From: an uncultured euryarchaeote
GTDB lineage: Archaea > Thermoplasmatota > Poseidoniia > Poseidoniales > Poseidoniaceae
Direction of reading: 5' to 3'
DNA length: 64,000 nt
Assembly (NCBI GenBank): GCA_937899865.1
Contig: CALBRH010000063.1
Location: 64,001-128,000 of the forward strand
Position numbers and translations under genes: made by a program
Notes under the pieces: model-generated
What the model saw: the letters and a program-made list of their open reading frames with translations, nothing else
What the model was told of the DNA's origin: nothing
The model's database searches: none
Part shown: piece after piece, positions 1 to 10,923 of the stretch
Layout: the number at the start of each line of letters is the position of its first letter
Position numbering within the stretch: position 1 is the stretch's first letter

Positions 1-2175
1 AGTCAATTGTTAACCAAAGCTCGTGCTCTTCAATCTGAAATTAGTGCGATTAATACGGATGGTCCAAAATCTCTTGCTGAAGTGAAGAAGTTAGTAGATT
101 CTATGGCTTCAAAGATCGATGACGCTTTAGCAAATATCGATGAGGTTAGAGATTCAGAGTCTGAGATCTCCAATCTTAATGAAAGAGTAAAAGCGCTTGA
201 AAGAGTAGCTCCTCTTGGCATACCATTGGACTTAATGGCCGGTTTTGAGGGTTTAGAATTATTTATTGCTGAGACATCTAAGGCTTCTAAAGCATATTCA
301 GAATTTTCCGACATTTTGTCCAACATTGAACTTCAGGTGGCAAAGGGAGTTATTGCTGTTGCTTGCAGGCCATCAGATAGCGCTGCTATTCAAATCGGAT
401 TAAGTGCACTAGGTGCAAAACCAATTCAAATTCCATCTGGTGAAGGTTCTGCTGAAACAATGATCGCAGAGGCCAAATCAAATATTGAATCTCTTGAATC
501 AAGTATTGACTCATCAAATAAAGCAATCAATCAATGGAGCAAGGAATACGGAAGAGATTTAGTGATACTTCTTGAACATCTAGAAAGGGAAGAATCAATT
601 TACACTGCCCCAACACTTTTTGCAGTTAGTAACAAAGCATTTGTTCTGGATGGATGGGTGCCGAGTTCAGATAAAAGCAAAGTGGAAAGTGCACTTGGAA
701 AAGTCGCATCACATATTTCTATAGAACAGCATGTTGACGACCACCATCATCATGATGACCATGATGATTCAAGCCATGTAAAAGAAGTTCCAGAAGAACT
801 TCAAATGCTTTCAGACTATCTTGAAATGAAGAATATTACTGTATTCGAATTTTTCAAGAGCATGGACTTAGATGAGTCTGGTGAACTGGAATTTGCAGAG
901 ATTGAGGCAGCGATGAAAAAAGCAGACATCCCTGATATGCCGCCGCTAAATATGGCTAGATTTTTAGCCGCTATCGATTTGAATCGAGACGGGAAAATAA
1001 ACCTCCCAGAGCTTGATTTAGCGATTGGTGCAATCCGTAATGGATCTTATACTACAGCGGAACACCATGATGACGCACAACCCCCAATCAAATTTGAAAA
1101 TGGAGAATTTTCAGAACCATTCGAACTGTTAGTAGATTTAGTTGGAAGGCCGAAATATGGAACCTTTGATCCGACACTATTGATGACTTTTACATTCCCA
1201 ATATTCTACGGTATGATTCTAGGAGACTGGGGTTACGGTCTAGTTCTATGTGCTATTGCAGCATACTTTGGAAGTAAACCATTCGCAGTAGATCCACTGG
1301 CTCAAAATGGACTTACAATTTTGAGATGGATGGGGATTTGGTGTATAATATGGGGGCTAATATTCGCAGAAGGTTTTGGTTTCGTTTGGGACGATACGGG
1401 TCAAATGGGCAATTCTTCACCATTCGATTTCATCTATGATTGGACCTATGCTAATATTCATGTTCCAGGTACATTAGCAGACTTACTAGCAATGGGAGGA
1501 TTACACGTGCCTTTCCATAGAGCAACTCCTGGAGGCGGCCTTCAAGAGTATGTAGTGTTATCAGTTTATGTTGGAATATTACATATTTTTGTTGGACTAT
1601 TTATCGGATTATACACCGTCTGGAAGGCACATGGTGCAGCAGCAGCATTCTTCGAAAAAGGCTCATGGTTACTGATTATGACTGGCGGTACAATGCAAGC
1701 AAGAAACATGGTTATGGGATTCAATGAATTATTTGAATTCCAAATTTGGACACTATTGATTGCTGTTGGATTGGTTTCTCTTGTTATTGGATTGGCAGTC
1801 TACGAGAAGTTTGGATGGGTTGGAGGCCTTGTAATGGGTCCAATTGAAATATTTGGCCTATTGGCAAATACTCTCTCATATCTAAGAATAATGGGCGTAG
1901 GTGTTGCAGGCGTTAAAATCGCAGAGATCTCTATCAATATGGGTTGGGAAAAAATCGGTCCAGCAATGGACGCAGGCGATATTTTCGGCTTAATTCTAGG
2001 AATCGTACTATTCGTATTGGTGCAACTTTTCGCTATTGCATTAGGTATTTTATCACCATCTATTCACGCCATCCGTCTACACTTTGTAGAATGGATGGGT
2101 AAATTCTACGACGGAAGTGGCAAGGCATTTGCCCCACTTGGCGGTCGAACCCTTCACGTGGAGGGTAAATCATAG
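1..2175 (+). CDS. atpI: A-type (A1Ao) ATP synthase subunit I/a, 5'-truncated by window edge; carries His-rich + EF-hand pair insertion
   Basis: Frame open from base 1. Motifs AFVLDGWVP, PFELLVDLVGRPKYGTFDPT, FYGMILGDWGYG, NTLSYLRI, HAIRLHFVEWMGKFYDGSG. First gene of the atp cluster. Confidence 0.96.
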   Translation, partial: SQLLTKARALQSEISAINTDGPKSLAEVKKLVDSMASKIDDALANIDEVRDSESEISNLNERVKALERVAPLGIPLDLMAGFEGLELFIAETSKASKAYSEFSDILSNIELQVAKGVIAVACRPSDSAAIQIGLSALGAKPIQIPSGEGSAETMIAEAKSNIESLESSIDSSNKAINQWSKEYGRDLVILLEHLEREESIYTAPTLFAVSNKAFVLDGWVPSSDKSKVESALGKVASHISIEQHVDDHHHHDDHDDSSHVKEVPEELQMLSDYLEMKNITVFEFFKSMDLDESGELEFAEIEAAMKKADIPDMPPLNMARFLAAIDLNRDGKINLPELDLAIGAIRNGSYTTAEHHDDAQPPIKFENGEFSEPFELLVDLVGRPKYGTFDPTLLMTFTFPIFYGMILGDWGYGLVLCAIAAYFGSKPFAVDPLAQNGLTILRWMGIWCIIWGLIFAEGFGFVWDDTGQMGNSSPFDFIYDWTYANIHVPGTLADLLAMGGLHVPFHRATPGGGLQEYVVLSVYVGILHIFVGLFIGLYTVWKAHGAAAAFFEKGSWLLIMTGGTMQARNMVMGFNELFEFQIWTLLIAVGLVSLVIGLAVYEKFGWVGGLVMGPIEIFGLLANTLSYLRIMGVGVAGVKIAEISINMGWEKIGPAMDAGDIFGLILGIVLFVLVQLFAIALGILSPSIHAIRLHFVEWMGKFYDGSGKAFAPLGGRTLHVEGKS

Positions 2176-2206
2176 TCCATCGGACACAAAAAAGGAGGTA
2201 GCAAAA

Positions 2207-2527
2207 ATGAACAAGAATACCCTGAAAATGAGCCTAAGAACACTGATCGTCTTGCTGGCATTGACCCTTGTAGCACAAGGTGTCGCCGCACAAGATGCTG
2301 CAGAAGACAGTGGAGAAGATACGAACGTAGGAAACATCGGTAACATCGGTGTTGGTATTGCGCTAGGATTAGCCGGACTAGGTGCTGGTTACTCACAAGC
2401 TGCAATTGGAAGTGCTGCGGTCGGCATGCTTGCCGAAGACGGCAGCAAGTTCGGTTACGCACTGATCTTCACAGCTCTGCCAGAATCTATCGTTATCTTG
2501 GGCGCATTGCCATTGTTCCTACAGTGA
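2207..2527 (+). CDS. atpK: A-type ATP synthase proteolipid subunit K/c, single hairpin, with N-terminal signal-like leader
   Basis: ATG at 2207 follows GGAGGT. GLAGLGAGYSQAAIGSAAVG and LPESIVILG (ion-binding Glu). ORF-track start 2117 overlaps atpI and was rejected. Confidence 0.93.
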   Translation: MNKNTLKMSLRTLIVLLALTLVAQGVAAQDAAEDSGEDTNVGNIGNIGVGIALGLAGLGAGYSQAAIGSAAVGMLAEDGSKFGYALIFTALPESIVILGALPLFLQ

Positions 2528-2579
2528 ACATTGACCTTTGACAGTCATTTTGACTGTTGGAGTAAATGGAGGAATAAAG

Positions 2580-3143
2580 ATGACGCTCGAAACATTGGCC
2601 AAAGATATTGCAGCATCTGCTGAAGCAGATGTGAAAGCAATCATTGATGAAGCCAAGGCTGAAGCAAAGCAAATTATTGATGAAGCAAAAGACAAAGCTT
2701 CGAGTATCACTGATGAAGCTAAGTTGCGTGCAGATCGTGAAGTCTCTCAGATATCTAGAGAAGTCGTTGCAAGTGCTAGACAAGCTAATCAAAAGGCGAT
2801 ATTAATTGCCAAGAGAGAGGCGATGGATAGAACTCATGCAGCGGTTAAAGAGCAACTTGCAGACCCTGGATTCAAAGGACGCGCAAGCATGCTAAAATCA
2901 CTAATGTCAAAAGCAAATAAATTAGCATCATCAGATTTTATTATTAGACCTGTTGAAGTTGATAAGAAGGCACTTAGCGATCTTAAAGGAAAGCGAAAGG
3001 TCGGAGAATCAGTTGACGGCCTTGGAGGATTTATTCTTGAAGCCGCTGATGGTTCAGTCTCTTTCGACATGAGATTTGATACTCTACTTGATACCGCTTG
3101 GGCACAGTCATTGTCTGAAGTAAATAGCATATTATTTGAATGA
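2580..3143 (+). CDS. atpE: A-type ATP synthase subunit E
   Basis: ATG at 2580 follows GGAGG. MTLETLAKDI start, coiled coil, C-terminal GGFILEAADGSVSFDMRFD. Operon position. Confidence 0.9.
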   Translation: MTLETLAKDIAASAEADVKAIIDEAKAEAKQIIDEAKDKASSITDEAKLRADREVSQISREVVASARQANQKAILIAKREAMDRTHAAVKEQLADPGFKGRASMLKSLMSKANKLASSDFIIRPVEVDKKALSDLKGKRKVGESVDGLGGFILEAADGSVSFDMRFDTLLDTAWAQSLSEVNSILFE

Positions 3144-4188
3144 GGTGAAAAATTTGGTTGGAAATACTGCATATGTTGCTTCGAGAGCAAAATCTCGAAG
3201 AAAGAAACTTGCAGATTTGGCGCGAATGCGCCAATTGATTAACCAATCAACTGATCAATTGACCGCTTCGGTTAGTAACATGGGTTACGCCGATGAGGTC
3301 AATCTCTATGCAGGTAAACTGTCCGGCGCTGATTTAGTTGAGGCTGCATTAACACATAACTTAGAGGCAGAATTATCTAATATCCTCAAAATGTGTAATG
3401 GCAAAATCAAGGATATTGTTGAAATTTACACATCTCGCTTTGAATATCAAAATGCAAAGGTGGTTCTTCGTTCCGTTATGAATGAAGTATCTTTGGAGAA
3501 AGTATCTAATTCAATTTTACCAGATCTTAATGAAATCAACACACCATGGCTAAAGATTATTGAAACATCCGATGATATTCGCTCAGCAGCTCTACAAATG
3601 CGCAGGAAACCATTCGGTTCTGATTTGAATGCATTACCTGAAGATTCTAAGCTTTCGGATTATGAAGATGCTCTTGATAGGCATTATTTCAAATCGGCTC
3701 TTAAAACATTGAAAGCCAATAATCCCGCTACGCGATATTTGAAAGATTATTTGTCTTTAGAAATAGACCATCGCAATATTATGAACATCCTTGAATCTGA
3801 TTCGATTGGAATTTCTTCTGAAGAAATATCTCAATTGTTGATTCCAGGTGGTAAGATATTGCCTACTAGGTCTTTTTCTACGATTGCTGCTGGAGGCAGG
3901 TCAGCAATGATGGATATTCTTAGAACATCATCTAAGTTTGATATGGCACATTTTGAAGAATTATTGCAAGAAGTGGCCAATTCAAGAAGCCTAGATTCAG
4001 TAGTTACTTGGTTTAAGGAAAGGGAATATAAGTTCATGAAGAAAATGAGTTATCTCCATCCCATTTCTGCTTTACCGATAGTATACTATGTTGCGATGAA
4101 GGTTCAAGAAGTTGCTGATTTGAGAATAATAGTTAGAGGAAGATTTGCTGGCTTAGCGCCAGAAGTGCTCGAAGCACACATATTATGA
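3136..4188 (+). CDS. atpC: A-type ATP synthase subunit C
   Basis: YVASRAKSRR, YENALDR-like YEDALDRHYF, EIDHRNI, EVADLRIIVRG. 350 aa. Operon position. Confidence 0.9.
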   Translation: MNEVKNLVGNTAYVASRAKSRRKKLADLARMRQLINQSTDQLTASVSNMGYADEVNLYAGKLSGADLVEAALTHNLEAELSNILKMCNGKIKDIVEIYTSRFEYQNAKVVLRSVMNEVSLEKVSNSILPDLNEINTPWLKIIETSDDIRSAALQMRRKPFGSDLNALPEDSKLSDYEDALDRHYFKSALKTLKANNPATRYLKDYLSLEIDHRNIMNILESDSIGISSEEISQLLIPGGKILPTRSFSTIAAGGRSAMMDILRTSSKFDMAHFEELLQEVANSRSLDSVVTWFKEREYKFMKKMSYLHPISALPIVYYVAMKVQEVADLRIIVRGRFAGLAPEVLEAHIL

Positions 4189-4197
4189 GGTGATTAA

Positions 4198-4497
4198 ATG
4201 GAGTTAGCTGTATTAGGTTCTCAAGAGTTTACACTCGGATTCCAATTAGCAGGGATCTCAAATATCTTTAATCCAGAAAATGATGAAGAAACATCATCCC
4301 AATTAAAATCACTACTAAATTCAAAAGAGGTTGGAATTATTGTTATCGACTCTTCAATAATTTCAACCTTGCCAGAAAGATTGAGAGATCAACTTTCTGC
4401 ATCTGTAACCCCTACAGTACTAGGAATTGGTACTGAAGAGGATACAACTTTGCGTGATACAATACGCAAGGCAATAGGAGTCGACTTATGGAAATGA
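4198..4497 (+). CDS. atpF: A-type ATP synthase subunit F
   Basis: [20 protein letters not shown]...[15 protein letters not shown]. Confidence 0.95.
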   Translation: MELAVLGSQEFTLGFQLAGISNIFNPENDEETSSQLKSLLNSKEVGIIVIDSSIISTLPERLRDQLSASVTPTVLGIGTEEDTTLRDTIRKAIGVDLWK

Positions 4498-4519
4498 ATT
4501 CCAATTAGGAGGAAAAAAT

Positions 4520-6259
4520 ATGAGCAATGAAGGAGTAATATACCGAATATCCGGTCCGGTTGTAACCGCTACTGGAATGAACGCAGCTATGTATGACGTT
4601 GTAAGAGTAGGCCATGAAGGTCTTATGGGTGAAGTAATCGAACTTCACGGCGAAAAAGCGGTCATACAGGTTTACGAAGATACCTCTGGTATTAGACCAG
4701 GTGAACCAGTATTGAATACAGAAGAGACACTTTCTGTATCTTTGGGTCCCGGTCTGTTAACCCAGATTTATGATGGAATCCAAAGGCCATTAGCGACTCT
4801 CGAGGAGGTCATGGGTGTGTTTATTACAAGAGGTGTAGACGCCGATGCTTTCGATTTAGAGAAGAAATGGACCTTTGAGGCAGTCGTAGGAAAGGGTGAT
4901 GAATTAGCAAGTGGCCAAGTTATTGGTCATGTCCAAGAAACTGAAACTATTGTCCACAAAATCATGGTTCCTCCTGGAAAGAGTGGCAAAGTGAAGAGTA
5001 TCAAATCTGGTGATTTCAACGTAACTCAAACAGTTTGTACCCTCGATGATGGTACTGAACTTCAAATGATGCAGAAGTGGCCTGTAAGGTCTCCAAGACC
5101 TTATCGACAAAAATATGCCCCAGATACACCTCTAGTTACTGGAATGAGAATTCTCGATTTCCTCTTCCCACTTGCAAAAGGTGGTGCAGCAGGTATTCCT
5201 GGTCCATTCGGTTCAGGAAAGACAGTAACTCAACAATCACTAGCAAAATACTCCGATGCACAACTTGTAGTTTACATCGGTTGTGGTGAGCGTGGTAATG
5301 AAATGACAGAGGTTTTGGACGAATTCCCACATCTAATCGATCCTAACACAGGTAAGCCTTTGATGAACAGAACTGTGATGATTGCTAACACTTCAAACAT
5401 GCCTGTAGCTGCCCGTGAGGCTTCTGTATACACAGGAATTACAATTGCTGAGTATTTTAGAGATATGGGGTACGATGTCGCACTAATGGCTGATTCAACA
5501 TCAAGATGGGCTGAAGCAATGCGTGAGATTTCATCACGTCTTGAAGAGATGCCTGGTGAAGAAGGATATCCTGCTTATCTATCATCTAGAATTGCAGAAT
5601 TTTACGAACGTGCAGGACGTGTTGAAACTCTAAACGGAGATGACGGTTCAGTTACTGTTATTGGTGCTGTATCCCCACCTGGTGGAGATATTTCGGAACC
5701 GGTTTCACAAGGAACTCTAAGAATTGTCAAGGTTTTCTGGGGTCTAGATGCTGGTTTGGCTAGACAAAGACACTTCCCAGCGATTAACTGGCTCAATTCA
5801 TACTCGCTATATCCACAAAGTTTAGATCAGTGGTTTAGAGATAATATTGCTCAAGATTTCCCTGAAATTAGAACTCAAGTCAGTGGTCTATTACAAATTG
5901 AATCGGAGTTGCAAGAAATTGTTCAACTTGTAGGTTCTGACGCCCTTCCTGTCGACCAACAACTAACTCTTGAGGTTGCTAGAATGATTAGAGAATTCTT
6001 CTTACAACAGAATGGTTTCCATGAAGTTGATGCTTATTGTGATATAAACTTGCAATATAAAATGGCAAAGGCTATCCTTTCTTTCCAAGAATCAGCCAAG
6101 TCAGCAATGGCTTCAGGTGCACAACTGAACGATGTTGTGAATGTACAATCAAGAACCGATCTGATGAGAGGTAGATTTGAGAAAGGCTATGTCGATGATA
6201 TCGATGATATGGTCAAGAAAATGACCGCTGAAATAGCGGGTACCGTGGAGGGTAACTAG
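4520..6259 (+). CDS. atpA: A-type ATP synthase catalytic subunit A
   Basis: Walker [36 protein letters not shown]. No intein. Confidence 0.99.
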   Translation: MSNEGVIYRISGPVVTATGMNAAMYDVVRVGHEGLMGEVIELHGEKAVIQVYEDTSGIRPGEPVLNTEETLSVSLGPGLLTQIYDGIQRPLATLEEVMGVFITRGVDADAFDLEKKWTFEAVVGKGDELASGQVIGHVQETETIVHKIMVPPGKSGKVKSIKSGDFNVTQTVCTLDDGTELQMMQKWPVRSPRPYRQKYAPDTPLVTGMRILDFLFPLAKGGAAGIPGPFGSGKTVTQQSLAKYSDAQLVVYIGCGERGNEMTEVLDEFPHLIDPNTGKPLMNRTVMIANTSNMPVAAREASVYTGITIAEYFRDMGYDVALMADSTSRWAEAMREISSRLEEMPGEEGYPAYLSSRIAEFYERAGRVETLNGDDGSVTVIGAVSPPGGDISEPVSQGTLRIVKVFWGLDAGLARQRHFPAINWLNSYSLYPQSLDQWFRDNIAQDFPEIRTQVSGLLQIESELQEIVQLVGSDALPVDQQLTLEVARMIREFFLQQNGFHEVDAYCDINLQYKMAKAILSFQESAKSAMASGAQLNDVVNVQSRTDLMRGRFEKGYVDDIDDMVKKMTAEIAGTVEGN

Positions 6260-6270
6260 GAGGGATAATC

Positions 6271-7650
6271 ATGAGTGGAAAAGAATACAGGACAATTACT
6301 GACGTTAAGGGGCCGCTGGTCTTTTTGAATAAAACTGAACCAGTTGCTTTCGGTGAAATCGTAACAATTAGGCTATCTGATGGTTCAATCAAGAATGGTC
6401 AAGTTCTCGATACTTCTGATGATTTAGTTATTGTTCAAGTTTTTGAGGGTACAGCTAAAATCAACAGAGAATCAGGAGTTACTTTCATGGGAGATGTTTT
6501 CAAATTACCAGTAAGTACTGAATTAGTAGGAAGAATTCTTGATGGTGCTGGAAGACCAAGAGACGGCGGCCCAGCAATTGTTGCTGAGGAAAATGCAGAT
6601 ATCATTGGTGCAGCGATTAACCCATACAGTAGACAAAGTCCACACGATTTCATTCAAACTGGAATTTCAGCCATTGATTGTTGTACTACTCTAGTTCGTG
6701 GACAAAAATTGCCAATTTTCTCAGCATCTGGTTTGCCACACAATGATATTGCTCTACAAATTGCAAGACAAGCGAAATTGAAAGGTTCTGATGAGGAATT
6801 TATTGTGGTATTCTGTGCTATGGGAATCACTGCAGAAGAGTATAATTTCTTTAGAAGTGATCTTGAAAGAACAGGTGCTCTTGAGAATGCGGTATTGTTT
6901 GTTAATCTAGCGGACGATCCAGCTGTTGAGAGAATCATTACTCCAAGACTTGCATTGACTGCTGCAGAGTATTTGGCTTTCGAGAAGGATTATCACGTTC
7001 TTGTTATCTATACTGATATGACAAATTATTGTGATGCTCTAAGACAAATTGGTGCTGCTAGAGAAGAAGTTCCAGGAAGAAGAGGTTATCCAGGTTATAT
7101 GTATACTGACTTGGCTATGCTGTATGAGCGTGCAGGTATTGTAAAGGGTAAGAAGGGTTCAATCACGCAATTCCCGATTTTAACTATGCCTGGTGACGAT
7201 ATTACACATCCAATCCCCGATTTGTCTGGATATATTACTGAAGGACAAATTGTTATTTCAAGAGAATTACACCAACAGGGTATTTATCCGCCGATTAACG
7301 TTCTACCATCACTTTCTCGACTGATGGGTTCATGTATCGGTGAGAAGACAACAAGAGAAGATCACAAATCAGTTTCTGACCAGATGTATGCTGCATATGC
7401 TCAAGGAAGAGAGTTGAGAGGTCTTGTCGCAATTGTCGGTGAAGATGCTCTAAACGAACGTGACAAACAATTGCTTGACTTCTCAGGTATTTTTGAAGAC
7501 AAGTTCCTTCGTCAAACAAGAGATGAAGACCGTTCAATAGACGAAACACTTGATTTGTGCTGGAATTTGATGTCATCTATTGACACTAAGTATCTAGTAA
7601 GATTAGACCAAAAGTGGATTGAGAAGTATCATCCAGATAACAAAGAGTGA
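6271..7650 (+). CDS. atpB: A-type ATP synthase subunit B
   Basis: [43 protein letters not shown]. Confidence 0.99.
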   Translation: MSGKEYRTITDVKGPLVFLNKTEPVAFGEIVTIRLSDGSIKNGQVLDTSDDLVIVQVFEGTAKINRESGVTFMGDVFKLPVSTELVGRILDGAGRPRDGGPAIVAEENADIIGAAINPYSRQSPHDFIQTGISAIDCCTTLVRGQKLPIFSASGLPHNDIALQIARQAKLKGSDEEFIVVFCAMGITAEEYNFFRSDLERTGALENAVLFVNLADDPAVERIITPRLALTAAEYLAFEKDYHVLVIYTDMTNYCDALRQIGAAREEVPGRRGYPGYMYTDLAMLYERAGIVKGKKGSITQFPILTMPGDDITHPIPDLSGYITEGQIVISRELHQQGIYPPINVLPSLSRLMGSCIGEKTTREDHKSVSDQMYAAYAQGRELRGLVAIVGEDALNERDKQLLDFSGIFEDKFLRQTRDEDRSIDETLDLCWNLMSSIDTKYLVRLDQKWIEKYHPDNKE

Positions 7651-7666
7651 ATAAGGAGAGATATTC

Positions 7667-8284
7667 ATGGCATTGGACATTAAACCAACCCGCAGTGAAT
7701 TAATCAAATTGAAAACTAGAATTAAGCAGACTAAAAATGGTTACAAACTATTGAAAATGAAAAGAGATGGTTTGTTTCATGAATTTAGGCAACTTTTGTC
7801 AAAGATGATAGAAGCAAAACGAGAATTAACAGATGCTTATCGACTTGCCAAACAAAGAATAGATCTTGCTAATGCAATTGACGGTGGTCTAGCAGTTAGA
7901 GCAGCGGCTATTGCTAACAGCGCTCATCCTGAAGTTGAAGTTGAGCGTAGAAACATTATGGGAGTAGTAGTTCCAAGTGTTAGTGGTACTAATCTAAAGT
8001 CAACTTTCCAAGAGCGTGGAGTCGGATATATAGGGTCATCACCCTATATCGATGAAGCTAGCGATTCGTTTAGTGAATTGATTGAGAAGATTGTTACAGC
8101 GTCTGAAATGGAAGCAACTCTTAAGCGACTTCTAGAAGAGATTGAAGCAACTAAGAGAAGAGTCAATGCTCTTGAGTTCAAGGTAATTCCAGAACTTGAA
8201 GAAGCAAAGGTGTTCATTCAGCTAAGACTTGAGGAAATGGAGCGAGAAGAAACATTTAGGTTGAAACGTTTCAAGAATAAATGA
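7667..8284 (+). CDS. atpD: A-type ATP synthase subunit D
   Basis: KPTRSELIKLK, LLKMKRDGL, TKRRVNALEFKVIP, LEEMEREETFRLK. Confidence 0.97.
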   Translation: MALDIKPTRSELIKLKTRIKQTKNGYKLLKMKRDGLFHEFRQLLSKMIEAKRELTDAYRLAKQRIDLANAIDGGLAVRAAAIANSAHPEVEVERRNIMGVVVPSVSGTNLKSTFQERGVGYIGSSPYIDEASDSFSELIEKIVTASEMEATLKRLLEEIEATKRRVNALEFKVIPELEEAKVFIQLRLEEMEREETFRLKRFKNK

Positions 8285-8349
8285 TTTTGATAATCTCAAC
8301 GATGATTAAAGTAGGAAAGAACTACACCCACTTACTGTGAGGAGGTCCA

Positions 8350-10923
8350 ATGAGTGGCGATAATGAACAACCTGCTACGTCATTGAAGGATGATTTACCT
8401 CAACTGAGAGCCCATAAAGACGTATGGGGTCAGAAAGATTTGCTTAGCAATATTATCTCTAGATACTTCATTGTTACAGGAGAATTAGGCGGGACAAAAT
8501 GGCCGGTATGGAAAGTCGATGAAAAACCCTCAGAAGATGTTCATGATTCATTAGATAGATTGAATATTCATTTAGAGAATCTTGGCTGGATGGCTAAACT
8601 TCAAACTGGTGAGCCTTGGTTTATTCAAGTAATTCCTTACCCTGAAAGGCAATTTCCGTCATCCAAAACCACTATCGGGTTTTGGTCTTTTTCTTTGATT
8701 ACTGCAACTATTGCAGGAATGATATGGATTGAAGATGCACGGCCAAGCGATGGTTGGTTTACTGAATCATTATTTCTTGATTCTTTGATCGGTTATACAT
8801 TGCCAATTTTTGCAGCAATTATTTTTGCATCATTTTTACAAAAGATGCATGCTGACAAACATGGATTAAGAGTAGGACATCTAACACCCATTCCAGACCC
8901 ATCAATCTCATTGTTTTCGATTGGTCTAATACCTAAGTCATTTTTGATTTGGCCATTTGGAATCTTGATTATTCCATCATTACCAAGAATGGATGCAAGG
9001 CCTTGGAAAGACAGAGAGATGTTAGGTTGGAGCGCTTTGATAGTTCCATCTACATTGATTATAACAGGAGTATTACTGTGGGTCACTGGATTATATTTGA
9101 CGCCAAACTTAGTTCATATTTCATCGATGCAATATGTTCCCGAAATGCCTTTGATTGTTAATTTACTAAGTCCACTATTTGCTGAAGATGTTACTGTTAA
9201 ACTGGTATGGGCACATCCATTATCAAAAGCTGGTTCAATGCTATGTTTCTTCGGTTGGGTTTCATTACTTCCTATTCCTACATTCCCCGGTGGAAGATTA
9301 CTGATTGCAAGGACTAGTATGTCTGAGGCGAGAAATTCGACCAATCAACTGTTTTTATTTGCAATAATTCTTGCATTTGCTTGGATGTTTAATGCTTTTG
9401 CAGATTTCAATATTTGGCTTCCAGTTTTAGGAATAATGTTTCCTTTGTTATTATTGATGGGTGCAGACCGTAGAATTCCAGTAATTCTTAATGAGCCAAA
9501 GGGAGTTGATTTTGAAAGTGTTAAGCGTATGGGAATTCTATTATTCGTGATTTTCTTATTAGCTCTACCTAGTCAGACTCCTTATGCAATGGATGAAGAT
9601 TGGAACGATGAGGTAAACTACAATTTTAGTGATACAATTTCTATCATTCAAACCAATGAGTCATGGAATGGTTCTTTAGAAATCGATATTGTAAATAAAG
9701 CATCAATAACCCAAAATTGGCAACTTGAATTAGCAACACTGGATGGAGTAGTTTCTTCACATTGGGATTTCACTTGGCTTTGTAGCGATGATAATCAAGA
9801 TTCAACAACGGATTTGGGATGTGGTGATGAAATTCTGCCAGGTATGATTTCAACTGTAAATTTGAATGTAAGTTGGAAGTCTTCTCAATATAGTCCACTA
9901 ATTGAGGAAATATATTTGATTACATATATTGATGAAGAGCCATCGGTATCGGTTGTTAAATTAACACCTGATCTACCTCAATATGTCAATTCTAGTTGGT
10001 ATATGAATTATGATTCTGATGATGTAATGCGTTGTATTGAAGTATTCTCAAATACCGAACAAAGTTACAATATCTCATTTCCAAATTCAGATACAGATTT
10101 CGATTTTGAAACTAGAATGTACTGGATTGAAGGTAATCAAGGATTAGAAGCTGAATTTGGGCAAGAAGCAACTGAGATTTGTATCAAAGGTCAAGACCCA
10201 GTAATTTTGCTTAGATCTTATGTTTTGAATGTCATTCAAATAGGTGAACAGATTTTTTCACCAAAATTACCTAAACTACCACTTCGTTTTGTTACACCAA
10301 ATAATGGAACATTGATTGATTCTACCGAAATTAGAGGCTGGGGGTCTGAATTGGAGTCTGGCGACATATTGTCAGTATCTGAACAAAATTGCCAAATGAA
10401 TCCTATGATAAGCACACCAACTAAACCAACTAATCAATCTGAGCAATGGGTTTGGAATACAAATTATCGTACAACTTCTCTGATTCCTGCTATTCAAGAA
10501 AACGATTCAATATTGTTAATCTTAGATGATCAGGACACAATTTCTGTATGTTCTGAAAATATGTATCCAAAACCAGACCATTTAATCTCTATAGAGCATG
10601 GTCCTGAATTGATTTTTGAGAGAAACAACAACTTTCATCGAATGTGGACATCTTTGTGGGCATCTGCAGCAAATGGAGAGTTATCTGGAAGTAATATGTC
10701 TGAATTTGTAATCCACAATCCAGAGAATATAACAACTAGAGTTAATATTGTACAAACTACATCTGGAGATGATTCAGAAGAATGGATTATATTAGAATCT
10801 ACAAATCAGTTGATTCAAGGCGAAAATGAGTTTAAATTCTCACCTCCTAATAATCAATTATCAACGCTATATGTCGATTTTGAAGATGGAGAAATTTACA
10901 TTTATCTAGGAAGTTATTCATGA
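8350..10923 (+). CDS. M50/site-2-protease-like membrane protein lacking zinc ligands, fused to ~440-aa predicted extracellular domain
   Basis: N-terminal half follows the archaeal/EGY-type M50 layout (YTLP helix, HP motif, xLLPxxxxxGG). HExxH aligns to ASFLQ and NxxPxxxLDG aligns to SLLPIPTFPG. Confidence 0.7.
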   Translation: MSGDNEQPATSLKDDLPQLRAHKDVWGQKDLLSNIISRYFIVTGELGGTKWPVWKVDEKPSEDVHDSLDRLNIHLENLGWMAKLQTGEPWFIQVIPYPERQFPSSKTTIGFWSFSLITATIAGMIWIEDARPSDGWFTESLFLDSLIGYTLPIFAAIIFASFLQKMHADKHGLRVGHLTPIPDPSISLFSIGLIPKSFLIWPFGILIIPSLPRMDARPWKDREMLGWSALIVPSTLIITGVLLWVTGLYLTPNLVHISSMQYVPEMPLIVNLLSPLFAEDVTVKLVWAHPLSKAGSMLCFFGWVSLLPIPTFPGGRLLIARTSMSEARNSTNQLFLFAIILAFAWMFNAFADFNIWLPVLGIMFPLLLLMGADRRIPVILNEPKGVDFESVKRMGILLFVIFLLALPSQTPYAMDEDWNDEVNYNFSDTISIIQTNESWNGSLEIDIVNKASITQNWQLELATLDGVVSSHWDFTWLCSDDNQDSTTDLGCGDEILPGMISTVNLNVSWKSSQYSPLIEEIYLITYIDEEPSVSVVKLTPDLPQYVNSSWYMNYDSDDVMRCIEVFSNTEQSYNISFPNSDTDFDFETRMYWIEGNQGLEAEFGQEATEICIKGQDPVILLRSYVLNVIQIGEQIFSPKLPKLPLRFVTPNNGTLIDSTEIRGWGSELESGDILSVSEQNCQMNPMISTPTKPTNQSEQWVWNTNYRTTSLIPAIQENDSILLILDDQDTISVCSENMYPKPDHLISIEHGPELIFERNNNFHRMWTSLWASAANGELSGSNMSEFVIHNPENITTRVNIVQTTSGDDSEEWIILESTNQLIQGENEFKFSPPNNQLSTLYVDFEDGEIYIYLGSYS

